Shown in pieces: positions 39,801 through 51,472 of a stretch of DNA of 64,000 bases (the stretch's first letter is position 1; the number at the start of each line of letters is the position of its first letter). The stretch covers positions 31,000,001-31,064,000 of the forward strand of contig OZ024745.1 of assembly GCA_964016885.1 (NCBI GenBank), given 5' to 3'. The stretch comes from Eledone cirrhosa. Taxonomy: Eukaryota. The notes beneath the pieces are model-generated. The model searched no databases. It was not told the origin of the DNA and was given only the letters and a program-made list of their open reading frames with translations. Position numbers and translations under genes: made by a program.

Positions 39801-42800
39801 TTGTTTATATCATAGTATTGTGTTCTCTAGCTAATAAAGTCTTTTCTCTGCACCATCTCTGTGTAAAATACATTATTAGTTGATAAAATTTTCAGTTTTG
39901 TGGGAAATGTGATGGGCTTACTTTGGCATGTTATGTGCTCCCTTTGAAACTATGATGGGGAATTTGTTGGAGATAAGGTTTTCACAGGTGGTCTCCAGAT
40001 GAAAACAGACAACAACTTGGCCCCTAGCAAAACGTCAAACAAAACCTCATGCAATTATGTACTTGGAATAACTATCAACTTGCTGTCTTCACCTGGCAAA
40101 TAGAATTATTTACTGTTATAAAGTTTGAGATAACATAGTAAATTTGAACATCTAATATATCTATGACAAAATGTATAATTTGTCTATTATTTATTATTTC
40201 CAGATGAATGCTTCTCGGTTATGTCGAGAAAGTCTGTATGTAAAATTTGATCCACTTCTTGAATTGAATAATACACTTGATTTTAACACAAGTAAGTTGT
40301 TTTATATTTCAGGTGTTTTTCATTTCTTAGACTGAATAACATCAAATATCAACATTAGTCTGTATTTCCACTCAAACCACAGAGATTCAATGTTCACATT
40401 AGCAACTCACTTTTTAAAATATATTTGTTGTGATACATCATCGTTTAACATCCATGCTAGCCATTTAATGGATTAAACATGTCATGTTATGAGGCTAACC
40501 AGGTCAAGTGACCACATCTTGCTTATACAGATCTGTTTTAGTTTGGTTTTCCATGGCTAGATTCCAACCACATTACAGTATGTACTGGGTGCTTTTTGTC
40601 ATAGCACCATCACTACCATTTTACAGGGTGGGCTGGGTGCTTTTTATTGTGGCACTACTACAAACACTTCACAAGCTGGGCTGGGTGCTTTTTGTCAAGG
40701 CACCAGTATGACCACCTTACATGGTGGATTGGGTGCATTTTTGTTGTGGCACCATTAAATAATGATATTGTGTCTCCAGACACATGTCTAATTACATGGA
40801 GAGTTGTCAAATCTCAAATATACTTCATACAAATGTTTTTAGTTTATCAGATTTGAGTTAATTTCATGACACACATAAATATTAACACACCTAGAGATGA
40901 TTAGCAGCACTGGTCTGAAGGCTGGGAACCATTGACAATTGCACTAATTCTCATCTATATGATGCTGTATGTCCATGATTCATATTTGGAAATAAGTGGC
41001 GTTGGTGGGTCCCAAATCCTCATCTGACCATTATTCGGAAGCTGGCTACTGAACTGCAGTTCATCTGCCTTCACAAAGATGAAGCTGTTGGCCACTTGAA
41101 AGGTTGTCACCTAAGTAACTAGAGAGTCCCATATACCCAGTTTCAAAGTCAGTGTTCCTTCTGGACATATAGCCAACTAAGGCTAACAAGCTCTACTCGT
41201 TCTTTTTTTTACACACTATTGGATGGTCATTGACTCACCTGAGCTATTCTGTTCTTTGGTGGGGTTTTTTTTACCCTGTAGGGTGTCCAAAAATCTCCTT
41301 CCTCATTAATGGAATACTAACCATTGACCTTACCAGCATATAACCATCTGTGGGTCTCTTATTTAACTGCTAGTTGGAGCAGGACTCTCTGTTCAGACAG
41401 AATAACTTAACTCTATCATTACCATATTTCTATGGTAAATCTGCTTGTGACTTGCAATTAATTTTGAAAATAATACAGAATTGACAGGGACTTGGTAATA
41501 TATCTAAACTTTCTCATGTTAATATTTGAAATTGTTAGAATAATGTGAATTCATTTTTGTTTTCTTTATTTTAGATAGAAATAGAAATGTGAGTAAGCAG
41601 CCTAAATTAGAGAAAATTAAAAGGTAAGCTTCTTCTGAAATAATATTTTTGTAGTTAGTCACTGAGATAGCTGAAATAAGTGCTGACCTCTGTGGTTCAA
41701 TGCAAAGGTTTCATAGTAGTTAGTCACTGAGATATAAGAAATAAGTGCTGTCCTGTGTGGTTCAATACACTGGTTTCACAGCTAACCACAATCAGCTTTG
41801 CTAAAGTTTTGGAGTTTGTTTTGACTTTGTTTTTATCATCTTCATCGTTTTTATGTTCGTTTTTCCATGGTTGGATGGGTCCTTTGAGTGAACCAGAAAC
41901 CACACAGGGTTTGCATGGTAAACTCTAAGAACACCACGGCCTTGCCTACACTTAAGCAAGAATAAAATGTTTAATGGCTGCTTTTCTCTGATTTCAGTCC
42001 AAACTCTTCACCTGATCTAATAATGATGGATTCACCAACACGTAAATCAATTTACCAAAAAGCTGCCAACATGCAGAAGGCAAACAGCTGCATCAGAAAC
42101 TATGTTGATGACATTTTATCACTGACCCCTGAAAAGGACAATGTAAGATTTGGTGGAATTTTTATTTTGTTTTGCATACATTTAAATATTTAGATGATTA
42201 TTTTACACCCACTTCCCATCTCACCATGAGTTGGATGGTTTCCATAGTTAAGCACTTTCTATGAATGGAATGGGTTGGATGATTTGGCACAGTCTAATTC
42301 AAGATGGTTCAAATACTATGCTTAGATCGTATGTTGTATATAGGGTGCATTTTATTGTGGCACCAGCACTACCACTTTACAGTGTGTATTGGGTGCATTT
42401 TATTGTGACACCAGCACTACCACTTTACAGTGTGTATTGGGTGCATTTTATTGTGGCACCAGCACTACCACTTTACAGTGTGTATTGGGTGCATTTTATT
42501 GTGACACCAGCACTACCACTTTACAGTGTGTATTGGGTGCATTTTATTGTGACACCAGCACTACCACTTTACAGTGTGTATTGGGTGCATTTTATTGTGG
42601 CACCAGCACTACCACTTTACAGTGTGTATTGGGTGCATTTTATTGTGGCACCAGCACTACCACTTTACAGTGTGTATTGGGTGCATTTTATTGTGGCACC
42701 AGCACTACCACTTTACAGTGTGTATTGGGTGCATTTTATTGTGGCACCAGCACTACCACTTTACAGTGTGTATTGGGTGCATTTTATTGTGACACCAGCA

Positions 42801-45800
42801 CTACCACTTTACAGTGTGTATTGGGTGCATTTTATTGTGACACCAGCACTACCACTTTACAGTGTGTATTGGGTGCATTTTATTGTGGCACCAGCACTAC
42901 CACTTTACAGTGTGTATTGGGTGCATTTTATTGTGGCACCAGCACTACCACTTTACAGTGTGTATTGGGTGCATTTTATTGTGGCACCAGCACTACCACT
43001 TTACAGTGTGTATTGGGTGCATTTTATTGTGGCACCAGCACTACCACTTTACAGTGTGTATTGGGTGCATTTTATTGTGGCACCAGCACTACCACTTTAC
43101 AGTGTGTATTGGGTGCATTTTATTGTGGCACCAGCACTACCACTTTACAGTGTGTATTGGGTGCATTTTATTGTGGCACCAGCACTACCACTTTACAGTG
43201 TGTATTGGGTGCATTTTATTGTGACACCAGCACTACCACTTTACAGTGTGTATTGGGTGCATTTTATTGTGGCACCAGCACTACCACTTTACAGTGTGTA
43301 TTGGGTGCATTTTATTGTGGCACCAGCACTACCACTTTACAGTGTGTATTGGGTGCATTTTATTGTGGCACCAGCACTAACACCAGAAAGTACCAGTGCC
43401 ATAAGAGGTACCCAGTATATTCTGTAGAGTGATTGGCATTAGTGAGGGCATACTCTATTTTTTTTAGTATACCTTTGTCATTTAGACTTATCTGAAGTGA
43501 AGTCTTATTTGTTGTGGTTAATTTTAAGAAAAGACAAACACCATATAAGTATAACAATTCTGTCTCTATACAACAAAACTTCACCTCACAAAAGGAAAAT
43601 GTGATTGCTTCAAATTGTAAATAAAATCGATGATTAGCGTGTTCAATGAGGCCTGTGCGTTGTTTCACTTCTATTTATGTTGAGATGTCTCTCTCTCTCT
43701 ATTTAGGTGAATGCAGTATTTTTTGGTACACCTCTGCCACAGAAAAAGAATAGCGAAATTGTTCAAGTGAGTTCTTTAATTTTTATACCTTAACATTTAA
43801 ACTCAATGATCTTTTAATTTTTCTCTTTCTCTTTTTCACTTTATCTTTCATTCTTACTTTCTCTCTCTCACTCTCTCTCATACATTGTATTCCCCTGCAA
43901 TCCACTCAGGTATTGAAGTACACCGAGGAAGACTGGCTGAAGATGAAACAGAATATAGAGCTGGAATATCAGAACCGTTTGATGTCAGTCAGTCAAAACT
44001 TTACCCGGAAGATGTCTGAACTAAAACAGGAGCTCGAGAAGGCATTGAGTGAAAAGGAAACTGAATTGGAACAAATGAAGGAGAATTTGGGTCAAAGACA
44101 AACAGAGAAAGAAGCTATGCAAAAGAAGGCAGCTGAATTAACGTAAGTAATAGAATTGATACCAAACCAATTCTGGAAGAATTGAAGGGATGCTGTAGTG
44201 ACATAATGTTTCTTAGGCATTTTGTTTAAACTTAGTGGAGCCCATCCTCTTTCCAGATCAGAATATAGCCAGTTTCTTTCAGAGTAAGGCGGGAGAGTGA
44301 TAGTAAAAGAAGTGAGAAAGAAGATAGAGGAAGAATCGACCCTAGTGCTGGACTAGGCCTTTTTTTTTTATCAACTGCTAAAGGATGAAAGGCAAAGTTA
44401 ACCTCAGCAGGACTTGAACTCAGAATGAAGAGAACCAGAACAAATACTGCAAAACATTCTGACGTTCTGATGATTCTGCTAATTTGCCACCTTTGTTTCT
44501 ATGATACATAGTTGTTTATTTACCTAAAAACCTTCCTATCATAATTGTTTCTGCTTTTGGCACAAGGCCAGCAATTACCCAGTGCATTACTGGTACTTTA
44601 TTTTATCGACCCCGTAAGGATGAAAGGCTAAGTTAACTTCAGCGGGATTTGAACTCAGAATGGCAAGGCCTGTAACTCTATGCGTCAAAGTATGGTGTCC
44701 GACCCTCTACCGATACTGCCAATCCACCGCCCAATCATAATGTCATGTAAGAACTTTTGTTTAGTTATGTTCCGAATATGAACCTTTAATAATAGGTAAG
44801 TTATTTTACTAAATATCTCCAAATTTTTGGTTATTTTTTTTAAATGATTTGAAAATCATGAGCAGAGTATTTTATTAACAGAATGGTTAAAATTTACACA
44901 GGTACAAGTTGTATAGCTCCAGGTGAAGTGGCATCAGCAAACTTTTTGTTAAATGCATTTGTCATGGTCACCGTTTTTTTTGGTGAATACTTAAAACTAC
45001 ATTATTCAGTATGTCCTCTCTGTAAAGAGGGCAGGGTTAAATATGAGGGAGATTTGGCTGCTATATCTAGATGGCTCCCACTACAAAGAGTTGGTAGCAA
45101 TGGTGATGATTACAGTAAGTTACTACTGATCAGTTTTATTTGAATATAATATTTAGCTCAGACATTTTGGGGTTCTCTATTTTTCATTCATTTCATTTTA
45201 CGTCCGCTTTTTCCCTGCTTGCAAGGGTGGGACGGGAACTGATTCTGGCTTGATTTCTACAGCTGGATACCCTTCCTAACACCAACCTCATTTACAGTGA
45301 GTGCTGGGTGCTTTTTTGCTGTGGTACCTGCATGACCACTTTGCAGTGGAATGATATGGACCCCAGTCCCTATCATCTCATTTCTACAGCTGAGTAAACT
45401 GGAGCAATGTAAAATAAAGTGTCTTGCTCAAGGAAACAACACATCACCCGGTCTGAGAATTGAACTCCCAACCTTTCGATTGCAAGGCCAATGCTCTAAC
45501 CATTAAGCCATGTGCTTCTGTTTCTCTATGTTCACAACAAAATGGATTTCTGTTAAACACATGCCAAGTACCAGTGTTAAACTAGGGAAAAGATTAGTCA
45601 GCCATCCAAATACCAGTTGGTGGTATTATATATATCATTGTCGTTTTAACATCCACTTTCCTTGCTAGCAACCCTCCTGGTCACATACCTTAAATGAGTG
45701 ATGTTAGGAGAGCAGGCATAAAATGATGATAATCATGTACATAAGGAGTTTGCTTTGCAACTAGTATTTTGGTTTCAGTTCCACTGGTACTTTGGTGTGT

Positions 45801-48800
45801 CTTCTACCATTGTTTTATGTTGACCCAAACCTTGGATGGATTGAATCTGTAAACTGGGAAATTTAGCCATGTCATACAAGATCATTGATTGTATCTGAGG
45901 TTGTGTTGAAACCGGTAGTGTTGAGAATGGTTTGAATTAGTTTCATGATTTTATGTTAAAGAGGTTTATTTTACATTAAGCAATTGTTTTTGAATACCAA
46001 ACATATTTTCTTTTTTCAACAGAAATCTTTTGGATGAATATCTCGTATTGATAAACCATCTATGTGGTATGTATCTGTTTCTACACCACTAATTGAATGC
46101 ATGTGAGTGCTCAGGGTGTTGGATAAAACTAAACTAAAGGTTTTAAAAGACCAGGCAAGAGGAGAGCTGGAGACTAGCTGTTGAAGGAAAGCTAGCTTAA
46201 CACAAAATAAAAAGAACACAATGACAACACTGGAAGAGGGTGCCTTCAAATGTAGTCACTCCTGTGTGGATCTTTACAGCCACAGCAGATGTTGATCTAC
46301 CAGCAAGACAATGCAAAACACTCATGGCACAGATCCAGTGAGGTTTCTTTTCCTCACTAAACAATTTTTTAATGAGAACAGGTTTTTTTGTAAATACAAT
46401 CTTTAAATTAAATAATCTATAATGCATTAACCTCTATTTTTCGTTTGTTGTCTAAAAATATAAACACAGACATGTCTGTGTGATTAAGGAGCTTGCTTCA
46501 CTGCCACATAGCAGCACCTTGAGCAAGTGTCTCCTACTCTAGTCTCAGACTGACTATTGCCTTGTGAGTAAAATTTGGTAGACAGAAACTGTGTGGAAAT
46601 TTTTCGTATATATCTATTTACCTTTACTGTTTGTTTATTTCTTATAACTTAGCAGTTCAACAAAAAGATAATGATAAAATAAGTACCAGACTTTAAAAAA
46701 ATAAATACTCGGGTAGATCAACTAATTCCGATTTATGCAATGCTCCAGCATGGCCTCGGTCTTATGACTGAAACAAATAAAATAATCTTTACAATATGCT
46801 AGTTTGAAAACTATAATAGTCAGTGTAAAAAGTTTGAAAATGTAAAATGCACCTTTTTTAAAAAAAGAAAAAGAATTTATAATAAAAGACCAATAAGTTT
46901 CAAAAACCCTGTACAATGTGGTAGAAAAATACAAAGGATGACAAATAAAACAACAAAATAATATTTTATCCAATATATTTCAAATGTGAAGCAGAAATGA
47001 TTCAAAACAAAAATTTGTAATATTGCTGATAATGTTTACAAGAGTGAAGACCCTATTAATGTAACCCTCTCATGTCCATTACAATATCAACATATTAAAA
47101 TATCATCTGAATAAGTTTTCATTTTCAATTCCAGCTGATAAAAAGAAGTGCGTAGATGACTATACAAAAGATATTGATGGAACTCACAAGGAAGTAGAAG
47201 CTGTAAGTATTAAAAACTTACTGAATTTATTAATTAAATGTTAAATTTTCTTTTATTTCTTCATCAGTAAATGAGTCAGAAAGCCACTTGAGAATGTAGA
47301 TAGAACTATTTTTGTTGTTTTTTAATTAGAAGCCTTTTCACTGAAAAGAAAAAGAGTGTTAGCACTTCATCATCACCATTTAATGTTCATTTTCCATGCT
47401 TCCATGGGTTAGACAGGTCCTCTCCAGTACATCTCTCCACTTGTTTCTTTCCTGTCTCATCTCCTCTGTGGTATAGTCAGTTTCATTGGGTCATCTCTCA
47501 ACAAGTTGTTATAATTTCACTTTATTTCATTTCAATATTTTCAGGTCAAAGAAGAATTACAGACTGTTCAGAAAGCATATTCACATTTACATCAACATTT
47601 TGAAAAGGCTAAGTTAATAATTGAGGGTCTTAAAAAGGCAAGTTGGAATTTTTTTTTTCTAAAATCAATTTTAACTGAGTGCAAATGTAATTATCGAGTC
47701 AGCAAATTGGCAGTCATTAGAACTTCAGATAGAATGCTTTGCAGTATTTGTTTTGGCTCCCTGCATTCTCTGAGTTCAAATCCCTGCAAGGTCAACTCTA
47801 CCTTTCATCCTTTCAAGGTTGATAAAAATAAAGTACCAGTCTAATACTGGGGTTGTTTCTTCTTCTCTATCTCTTTCTCACTTCCTTTCTATCATTCTCT
47901 CTTCTCGGGAAGAAATCGGCTGTTTAGACATCAAGAGGATGTGCTCTGTTGGGTTTTAAAATTGCTGAAAGAAATGTCATTGTCATTACAGCACCCTTAC
48001 GACTCCATCAGGAGTTACAAACTCATACATATGTAATATAATATATATATATATATATATATATAAATTAGGATTGGTGCTCTGAAATAGCGATGTATAC
48101 ATGAATGTATGTATGTATAGTATATTACCAAATATACTATACATGTATTCATGTATACATTGCTATTTCAGAGCACCAATCCTAATTTTTTATTTTTGCT
48201 GGACCGGCAATTGCTCTGTATAATCAGTTCCTGATTATTACTGGAATTCTATAAGAATCCAGCCTCTATAATTTTCGGCAAAGGTCGGTGAGTGCTAGGC
48301 TCTGATGAACACCAACAGTGTGAAACAGATGTCAGCTTATCTCTCTTCCTTTGCTGAAAAAAGTCACTACTTTAAAAAATACAATTGTAATTATCACTAA
48401 ATGTTTTCTTTCGTTTAGAATGAAGAAACATTAAAGGGAAAATTTACGGAGATGGCAACCAAAATAAAAGACGATCAAAAAGCTTATGCCATACTGAAGA
48501 GAGAAAGACAAGAAATTGTAACTAAGTAAGTCGCCATTGACCCTTTAGTATTTAAACCGGCTGTAACTGGCCATTCATACTGATGTTAAAATAAATATCA
48601 AAATCTCATAGATTCAGTAAATATAGTGTAATGTAAATGTTAAGGGGTTAAGCCAATATGGAGGATGCAGAGAAATTAAGCCAATGTGCCACAACCATTC
48701 GTTTTGTTTTTTTTTACCTATTTAGTCAGGGGAGATAAGGGCTGTGCCCATGACCCTTTTCAGGGTCTTGGGGGGGGGGGGGGTATTCTCAAACTGGAGA

Positions 48801-51129
48801 TATGTTCTGGATATTTGAAACAGTGATTCTGCTATTTCAAGCCCTCCATGACAGATAGGAGGAAGGTATTGTCAAACCAGAGGTCGGTTCTGGATACTTG
48901 CAACAGAGGAGTTCTGCTCTCCTCCATTGTTGGTGACTGGAGCAGTCACCAACAATGGAGACCTGACCCCGGAGATCAACTGCAGATGTGGTCTGGCCAC
49001 TGGGGTCATGTATTCACTATCTTCTGGAAGATGAAGCTCTGTATCTACAACGCGTTGGTCCTCTCCAATCTCCTCTATGGAACAGAAACATGAACCTCAC
49101 AAAGACCCTGGCAAAGAGGATTGATGGCTTCAATAGTAGAGTCCTGAAAACCATCGAGAACATCAGATAGTGCCACCACGTTTCCAACAAAGGGCTGCAT
49201 GTGTACCCGCAACCTCACAGCAATCCATGCAGGCACTGATACAGACATGTCCTCCACCTCCCACCAGATCATCCTACTGGGGCTTTACTCACATTCAATA
49301 TAGCAGTTGTGGAGGCCCCACAGCAGCCCCCTGCACCAGAAGAGTGGATGTGATTAAGGTAGCTCTCCAGAGGCTTGATATCACTATGGAGGATGCAGAG
49401 AGGTCGGCACAGGAAGGACCACCAGTGATGGAGGGCAGCTGGTGGATTTGGTCGGCTCTACACACAATGAGCTCTCTGCAATCACTGAACTAGGATGACC
49501 TCAATCCCATTGAGCAAGAAGGAGGGCTCTACTAAAGGCACCCAAAAGCCAAGTGGTGACAAAGATGATGATTCATTGCCCTCGTACCTTAATTATACTG
49601 TCCACAACAGGTGTTTGATATTTAATTTTCTCAATATCACTAAACCACAAAGCATGGAAACTAATGGTTTTTCTTGGGTATTTATCATCCTCCTTGTTTA
49701 ACGTCCACTTTCCACGCTAGCATGGGTTATTTATATTATTTATTATAATTGATAAATACAAAAGTTTTATAGTACTAAAAATATAAAGATTTTAAATATA
49801 TTGAATGTTTTCTTTTTTTTTAATTATAATTTTCAGCCTTGAAAACGAATTACATGCCTTGAAGAAGAAATTAACAATTGATACTTCGTGTCTTGAAGCT
49901 AAGAACAAACGCAAAGATATGAAGATTGCTGAGCAAGAAAACGAACTCGAATTAAAGGTAAACATTTTGAGTGGTTGTTTTGACAGACTTGACAGTCATA
50001 TCTCCCTCAAATAAGACTAGTCTTTAAAAAAAAGTAGAGATATAGTGCATTCCTTCCATTTACGTGGAGGTTCAAATCAAAGTCTCTCATAGAGACCCTG
50101 TTTTTGTGCTACTACCTCAACTCTCTAATGAATAATAAGTGGGGTGTGTACAGTGCCTTGGTGAAAACTAAATTCCTCACTAAAAATAGAAGTTAAGGAC
50201 TGAAACACTTGCTTGATGAGGGGTTCTTCTCTGAAGACCTGCTGTCCAGCTCTCCTGAGACTTTCTTTGCTACAAATTTTATTCTGCCCTGTCTTAACCT
50301 TTTTGATACCAACTCACCCAAAACCACTTCTGGTTCTATGAACCCAAACCTCTCATTTTAAAAGATTCCTATTTAAACTAAACACTTCCAACACAACTTG
50401 ATAAGAACCTTTTGTTAAATTAGGTTAGGGTGTTGGTCTCACAATCGTAAGTTTGGTTGTCAGACTGGGCAGCACATTGTGTCCGTGAGCAAGGTGCTTC
50501 ATTCCACATTCCTGCAGTTCAACAGCAGCGGGTTAACCTTGTTATGAATTGGTGTCCCATGTAAGGGAGATCTTTGTACCCTCGATTACTCTCAAATATC
50601 ACCTGAAATTGGGATACAGTGCAGCCTAATGAACTTCTGGGTTCAAGAAAGACTTACTGTTTATACTTGAATATAAGCCAAGGAATATGTGAACCCCGCC
50701 ACATCCCCCAAAAAAACAATGGTAAAAATGGAGAGGGGGGGGGGGGGTTATATTCACCATCTACACATGTTGATTAGCTGCTTCAGCTTATAAATGGGGA
50801 TTGGATATATGCCCATTTCTCCAATATAAAATGAGTCAGCTTTTTTCAAGTATATACAGTAAATGCAAGCCCTTTAATCAGGCAGTCAACTGTTTCTGTC
50901 AGCAACACTTTATTTTTTCTTTCTCTTTTTTCACTCATTAGACTGTGCCCATGCTGGAACACTATTGATAAATATTACAACTCTGTTCTGTATTGCTTAT
51001 CACAAATTCTGTACAACTATTAAAATATATATATTTTTTTTTTTTTTTTGTTTCTTTCAGAAAAAACAAATAATAGAACTCACTAAAATATGTGATGATT
51101 TGATGGACAAAGTAGGAGACACTCAGTAA
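27830..51129 (+). CDS. TACC: TACC-family centrosome/spindle protein, spliced CDS join(27830-27879,29368-38009,38863-38915,40204-40291,41575-41623,41998-42142,43707-43766,43910-44142,46023-46066,47135-47202,47545-47637,48419-48525,49837-49957,51061-51129); 9822 nt, ~3273 aa
   Basis: All exons have pyrimidine-AG acceptors and GT donors (one GC), and the phases chain without a stop. The protein contains RESLYVKFDPLL (TACC3-type Aurora-A/clathrin motif) and a C-terminal coiled coil ending ...IEGLKK|NEETLK...ELTKICDDLMDKVGDTQ*, the TACC domain signature. The start is in a Kozak-like context, ccaccATG. Confidence 0.9.
29368..38009 (+). CDS. TACC: TACC giant exon (8642 nt) containing the 23-aa repeat array
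   Basis: tttgttttcag| acceptor, in frame with the 2848-aa ORF; AAAG|gtattt donor after GFKSAQK; no stop across the array. Confidence 0.88.
30350..37650 (+). repeat. Coding minisatellite, 69-bp unit (variants 66/72 bp), about 105-110 copies
   Basis: Unit gtcactgatactgttgaccctttccaRtgtaagRRacagatccctaattcaccagcYccacaagagaaa = VTDTVDPFQCK(G/K)QIPNSPAPQEK. Confidence 0.97.
38863..38915 (+). CDS. TACC: TACC exon (GFTCDDDDWELLNSNKTI)
   Basis: ttgtag| ... |gtaagt, phase 1 to 0. Confidence 0.8.
40204..40291 (+). CDS. TACC: TACC exon with RESLYVKFDPLL motif
   Basis: tttccag| ... |gtaagt; conserved TACC motif. Confidence 0.92.
41575..41623 (+). CDS. TACC: TACC exon (NRNRNVSKQPKLEKIK)
   Basis: Long pyrimidine tract + ttag| ... 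AAG|gtaagc, phase 1 to 2. Confidence 0.75.
41998..42142 (+). CDS. TACC: TACC exon (SPNSSPDLIMMDSPTRK...TPEKDN)
   Basis: tttcag| ... |gtaaga, phase 2 to 0, open frame. Confidence 0.8.
42343..43379. repeat. 48-bp intronic minisatellite, ~21.6 copies
   Basis: gggtgcattttattgtgRcaccagcactaccactttacagtgtgtatt, nearly invariant. Confidence 0.97.
43707..43766 (+). CDS. TACC: TACC exon (VNAVFFGTPLPQKKNSEIVQ)
   Basis: tttag| ... |gtgagt, phase 0 to 0. Confidence 0.75.
43910..44142 (+). CDS. TACC: TACC exon, start of coiled coil (VLKYTEEDWLKMKQ...)
   Basis: ctcag| ... |gtaagt; heptad-rich acidic ORF. Confidence 0.9.
44340..44732 (-). mobile_element. Two tRNA-derived SINE copies (intronic)
   Basis: Reverse complement of the 14651/17758 family. 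Confidence 0.75.
45380..45515 (-). mobile_element. tRNA-derived SINE, second family (ccttgagcaagacactt core)
   Basis: Minus strand A-box tggcttaatgg, B-box gagttcaattc; related copies at ~38065, ~38935, ~50420. Confidence 0.6.
46023..46066 (+). CDS. TACC: TACC-domain exon (NLLDEYLVLINHLC)
   Basis: ttttttcaacag| ... G|gtatgt, phase 2 to 1. Confidence 0.8.
47135..47202 (+). CDS. TACC: TACC-domain exon (ADKKKCVDDYTKDIDGTHKEVEA)
   Basis: ttccag| ... |gtaagt, phase 1 to 0. Confidence 0.82.
47545..47637 (+). CDS. TACC: TACC-domain exon (VKEELQTVQKAYSHLHQHFEKAKLIIEGLKK), GC donor
   Basis: ttttcag| ... AAG|gcaagt; matches the TACC-domain L..VE..FSDL...YE..K..IEG.KK segment. Confidence 0.88.
48296..48339 (+). 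ncRNA. Minimal type I hammerhead ribozyme in a TACC intron (sense), part of Penelope-like relic 48066-48370
   Basis: TAGGCT-CTGATGA-ACAC(caaca)GTGT-GAAA-C(AGAT)G-TC-AGCTTA; preceded by inverted repeat 48066-48187 and (TA)n. Confidence 0.72.
48419..48525 (+). CDS. TACC: TACC-domain exon (NEETLKGKFTEMATKIKDDQKAYAILKRERQEIVT)
   Basis: tttag| ... |gtaagt; NEE.LK motif. Confidence 0.9.
48880..49540 (+). mobile_element. Degenerate RTE-like LINE 3' fragment
   Basis: KLCIYNALVLSNLLYGTET*.LTK..KRIDGF..RVLKTI.NIR remnant, with stops and frameshifts. Confidence 0.7.
49837..49957 (+). CDS. TACC: TACC-domain exon (LENELHALKKK...ENELELK)
   Basis: ttttcag| ... AAG|gtaaac, phase 2 to 0. Confidence 0.88.
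51061..51129 (+). CDS. TACC: TACC terminal exon (KKQIIELTKICDDLMDKVGDTQ*)
   Basis: Poly-T tract + cag|; conserved ELTKICDEL C-terminus; TAA at 51127-51129. Confidence 0.93.
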   Translation, partial: KKQIIELTKICDDLMDKVGDTQ

Positions 51130-51433
51130 TGATTTTATCTTAATTTGTTATGTAAATTGTATATATAAATGTTATGAAGAATTGTCAGTACCTGTGGCAA
51201 TTAACATCTCTGTGTAAATGTGTATATGTATGTGTGTATGTTTGTGATTATGCCTGAACTAATTTATCAAATATTTCTTATGTCTGCAATCAGGGAGGGG
51301 CTGTCATTTTTTTATTTTGATGGAAATAAACATATTGCCAAACATTTTTTTTTGGTAGATTTGGAGTATACTGTCTGTTTTAAACACATATTTCTGTATA
51401 ACAATTTTAATTTTTTAAGTATTATCCATTTAT

Positions 51434-51472
51434 AATAAATGTTAATGTTTATACTCATTCAGTAAAAATAAA
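51434..51472 (+). terminator. Candidate polyadenylation signals of TACC
   Basis: AATAAA at 51434 and 51467, followed by a T-rich tract ~300 nt after the stop. Confidence 0.45.

Noticed and set aside
42261-43432. 388-aa and 347-aa repetitive ORFs; CRISPR-like appearance
   Set aside because: A 48-bp tandem unit with no unique spacers, inside an intron and derived from a LINE UTR; eukaryotic context with no cas genes.
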